DNA from: Promethearchaeati archaeon SRVP18_Atabeyarchaeia-1
GTDB lineage: Archaea > Asgardarchaeota > Atabeyarchaeia > Atabeyarchaeales > Atabeyarchaeaceae
DNA: 64,000 bases
Direction: 5' to 3'
Assembly (NCBI GenBank): GCA_037308085.1
Contig: CP147779.1
Location: 1,856,001 to 1,920,000, forward strand
The position numbers were made by a program, and so were the translations under genes. Each line of letters opens with the position of its first letter. The stretch's first letter is position 1. The notes under the pieces are model-generated. The model made no database searches and was not told the DNA's origin. It saw only the letters and a list, made by a program, of their open reading frames with translations. Of the stretch, positions 61,693 to 64,000 are shown in pieces.

Positions 61693-62466
61693 CTAGTCTG
61701 CTATCTTGCTGAATTCAGTCTTGGCAGCTCCACAGACAGGGCAAACCCAGTCGTCTGGCAGTTTCTCAAAAGGCGTCCCAGGTTTCACGCCTGAATCAGG
61801 GTCGCCTTTCGCTGGGTCATATACGTACCCGCAAACGGAGCACTGGTATCTTGCCATCTTTGCGGGGGCAGCTGAAGCTGACGGCTTGGTTGCTTTGGGA
61901 ACAGGTGCTTTCTTAGACACTTCCTCAACCTCCTCTTTTCTCTGCGATTTTATATATGTTGCAGCGGTTTCAGGGGTGTACCCCTTCTTAACTTGATGGT
62001 AGTAATCATAAGTCATTGGCTCTGCCTCTTCATTGATCATTTGGGCATCAACAACTTTTCCCAGGAAAACCACGTGGGTTCCGCAGTCGAGGCTGCCTGT
62101 GACCTGCGCCTCGAAATAGCCAACGCCATAATCAAGAACTATTGGCGCGCCAGTCACCCCAGTTTTGTGCTTAACGTTCTTGAACTTGTCTATGTCCCTG
62201 CCTGACTTGAAGCCAAAGGTTCCAATGAAAGTCATTGGGGTTTCTGTAGAGAGAATAGTGGCAGCGTACACCTTGCTAGCTTGAATGTAGCTGTAAGTCA
62301 GGTTCTTCTTATTGATGCTTCCAACGATCTCGGGAGGGTCACCAGTGACTTGGAAGATCGTGTTGCAGATCTGCCCATTTATCTTCTTGTCCATTGTTGA
62401 AGAGACCACGAACATTCCGCAACAGATCTTCCGAAAAGCATCAGTATTCATGGTGTTGAGCCTCAT
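61693..62466 (-). CDS. Flavin reductase-rubredoxin fusion (high-molecular-weight rubredoxin)
   Basis: [22 protein letters not shown]; CSVCGYVYD...WVCPVCG. Confidence 0.93.
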   Translation of the reverse strand: MRLNTMNTDAFRKICCGMFVVSSTMDKKINGQICNTIFQVTGDPPEIVGSINKKNLTYSYIQASKVYAATILSTETPMTFIGTFGFKSGRDIDKFKNVKHKTGVTGAPIVLDYGVGYFEAQVTGSLDCGTHVVFLGKVVDAQMINEEAEPMTYDYYHQVKKGYTPETAATYIKSQRKEEVEEVSKKAPVPKATKPSASAAPAKMARYQCSVCGYVYDPAKGDPDSGVKPGTPFEKLPDDWVCPVCGAAKTEFSKIAD

Positions 62467-62894
62467 GAATGGAATGTTGCCAAGGGTGAGTTTGCGCGCA
62501 CAGCTAATTAACTTTTACCTTCGCTTTTTGTCAACAGCAAAAAGCCCTTCATGCCGCCTCAACTCCTCCAGGACCGTCTGAGCCAGGGCCTTGAGTGCCA
62601 TAGGAATGGCGTAGGCGATGGCACTGACTCCAAGGATGGCGATTAACACTGCGCGTTTTGATGTTCCCTGCTTTTGGGATAGCGGTGTCTTTACGTATTC
62701 AGTTTCACTTATGGTCGAGTGTTTGCCGTGCCTTCCTGCTGAACCATTTGTCGAAAGTCTTAAGTACAACCTTCTTGATAGCCCTGAACCAGTGCAGCTT
62801 ACAGGAGGAGGAACGAAGGAGGGCAACACTTGGCTTGACGCCAAGGACTAAGCTTACACTTGCTCGGGCGCGAAAGAGAGAAGATCACATCACA

Positions 62895-64000
62895 TGGGTC
62901 GATGCCGTCTGCCTAGCAGTCATCTTCATCTTCGTAGTTCCATCGGCTCTTCAACCAGCTCTTACGGGGGCAGGATTCGGCCAACGCGGCACACCACCAA
63001 ACACTGATTCAAATACTGGCCGCGTGAGCCAGCATTCATCCGGCTGCGTCGGGTACGCTCGCAGCAGTGACTGGGAAGAATGGAGCTACGGCAATGGAAC
63101 CCGCTTGAGGAACATATAACCGGCTGGGCGCTACGTCTTCAACACATGGAACAGCTCATGGTGTGACTGGCTCTTCACGCGTAACAGCAGTGGCTGCTTC
63201 GCGGCGACATCAAGGGTTTGGGCATGCATAGACGACTACGGCGCAACCTTCTACTCACAAGATTTTGCGCTGCAGGTTGGAAGAGCTGAAGTAGGGATGT
63301 CCTCATGTCCACATCTTGGAGGTGCCCGCCCCCTTTTGGAGGAGAACTCCACAGGCGCCTTTGTAACGCAAGTCTTCGAACCCTCAGACGCCTCCGAAAT
63401 GAAGGTCAGCGTCACTTATAGCTTCCTCCCTGGATCGCCGCTCAAAGTCGGATTCCTTGTTGAGTGGTTGGGCGGCGAGACTGCGGAGGATGTTCAGCTC
63501 ACCTGGAGGATCTCCAGCATCAACGGAGACTACTACACGTACGCCGGCGCACTTGTGCAGATGCAAACCGAGTCGCCCAGTACCGAGATCCTTCTAAAGC
63601 CATCGACAGGCAAAGCGGGCGATTCCTCGATCGGCTTCTACCACGCAGGCAAGGAGATCACGCGCGAAGGGTACGCAGCGAACCAGTCGGGCTGCCTGGC
63701 AATGAAGGTTGATTGGGGAGACGCGGGGCTGGCTGTGGCAAGGGCGGCACTGGATCCAGCAGGCAAGGTCCTCACCCTCACCTTCGGCAACTTCACGCTA
63801 AGCAGATCAAGAAGCATATGTGTAGACCCTACAATCACCACTAAGGATGACTTGGATGATGCCAGCGTGGCAGAAGAAGCCCCTCATGATAACTTCGGCT
63901 CGTCGGAAGTCATCCAGACAAGGCTTTACAAGGAGGAGAATGGCACCATCTTCAGGTATCGATTCTACATCAAGTTCTCCCTTGTGAGCCTGCCCGCCGG
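62895..64000 (+). pseudogene. N-terminus of a large secreted protein with a DNRLRE-like domain; single in-frame TAA at 63117-63119; runs off the window; start uncertain
   Basis: Signal-like AVCLAVIFIFVVPSA. Frame is open from 63120 to 64000 and ends CVDPTI...DDASV.E..P..NFG...RFYIKFSL..LPA. Confidence 0.65.

Noticed and set aside
246-63841. Most short antisense or overlapping ORFs in the track
   Set aside because: Shadow frames of well-supported genes, with no motifs.
1-64000. Genome-wide stop-codon reassignment
   Set aside because: Conserved core genes end properly at TAG (nth, fprA), TGA (hydA, scpB) and TAA (nitroreductase); internal stops are confined to accessory genes.
1-64000. CRISPR array, tRNA or rRNA
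   Set aside because: No regularly spaced repeats, cloverleaf/T-loop or rRNA signature noticed by eye.

Overview
Archaeal chromosomal window. Asgard-like affiliation is an inference from membrane-anchored RING-like proteins, a roadblock/profilin-like fusion, FG-GAP and FN3 surface proteins, and archaeal TATA promoters. Core content is anaerobic fermentative and redox metabolism: 2-oxoacid:ferredoxin oxidoreductase, malic enzyme, a four-gene group 3b [NiFe] hydrogenase, ScpB-type decarboxylase, FprA, rubrerythrin, FTR-like protein plus glutaredoxin, CofE, Nth, GMP synthase B subunit and TldD/E. There are five IS200/IS605 (TnpB) traces: two stop-interrupted tnpB genes, one internally deleted relic, and two ORF-less elements resembling stand-alone omega-RNA genes with their own TATA boxes. 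An accessory island at about 37.5-50.2 kb holds two tandem modules with the same 55-bp promoter-like sequence and paralogous flanking mini-genes but unrelated defence-type cargo (DUF262/GmrSD-like nuclease versus GHKL ATPase plus radical SAM). It also holds a YydG/EpeE-like radical SAM behind a 70-aa ORF and a cassette bounded by 31-bp direct repeats. At 52.9-58.4 kb, an APC transporter is clustered with a metallophosphoesterase and two nucleotidyltransferase paralogs, one fused through a proline-rich linker to a roadblock/profilin-like domain. No tRNA, rRNA or CRISPR array was recognised. All family calls come from reading motifs by eye; no database searches were run.
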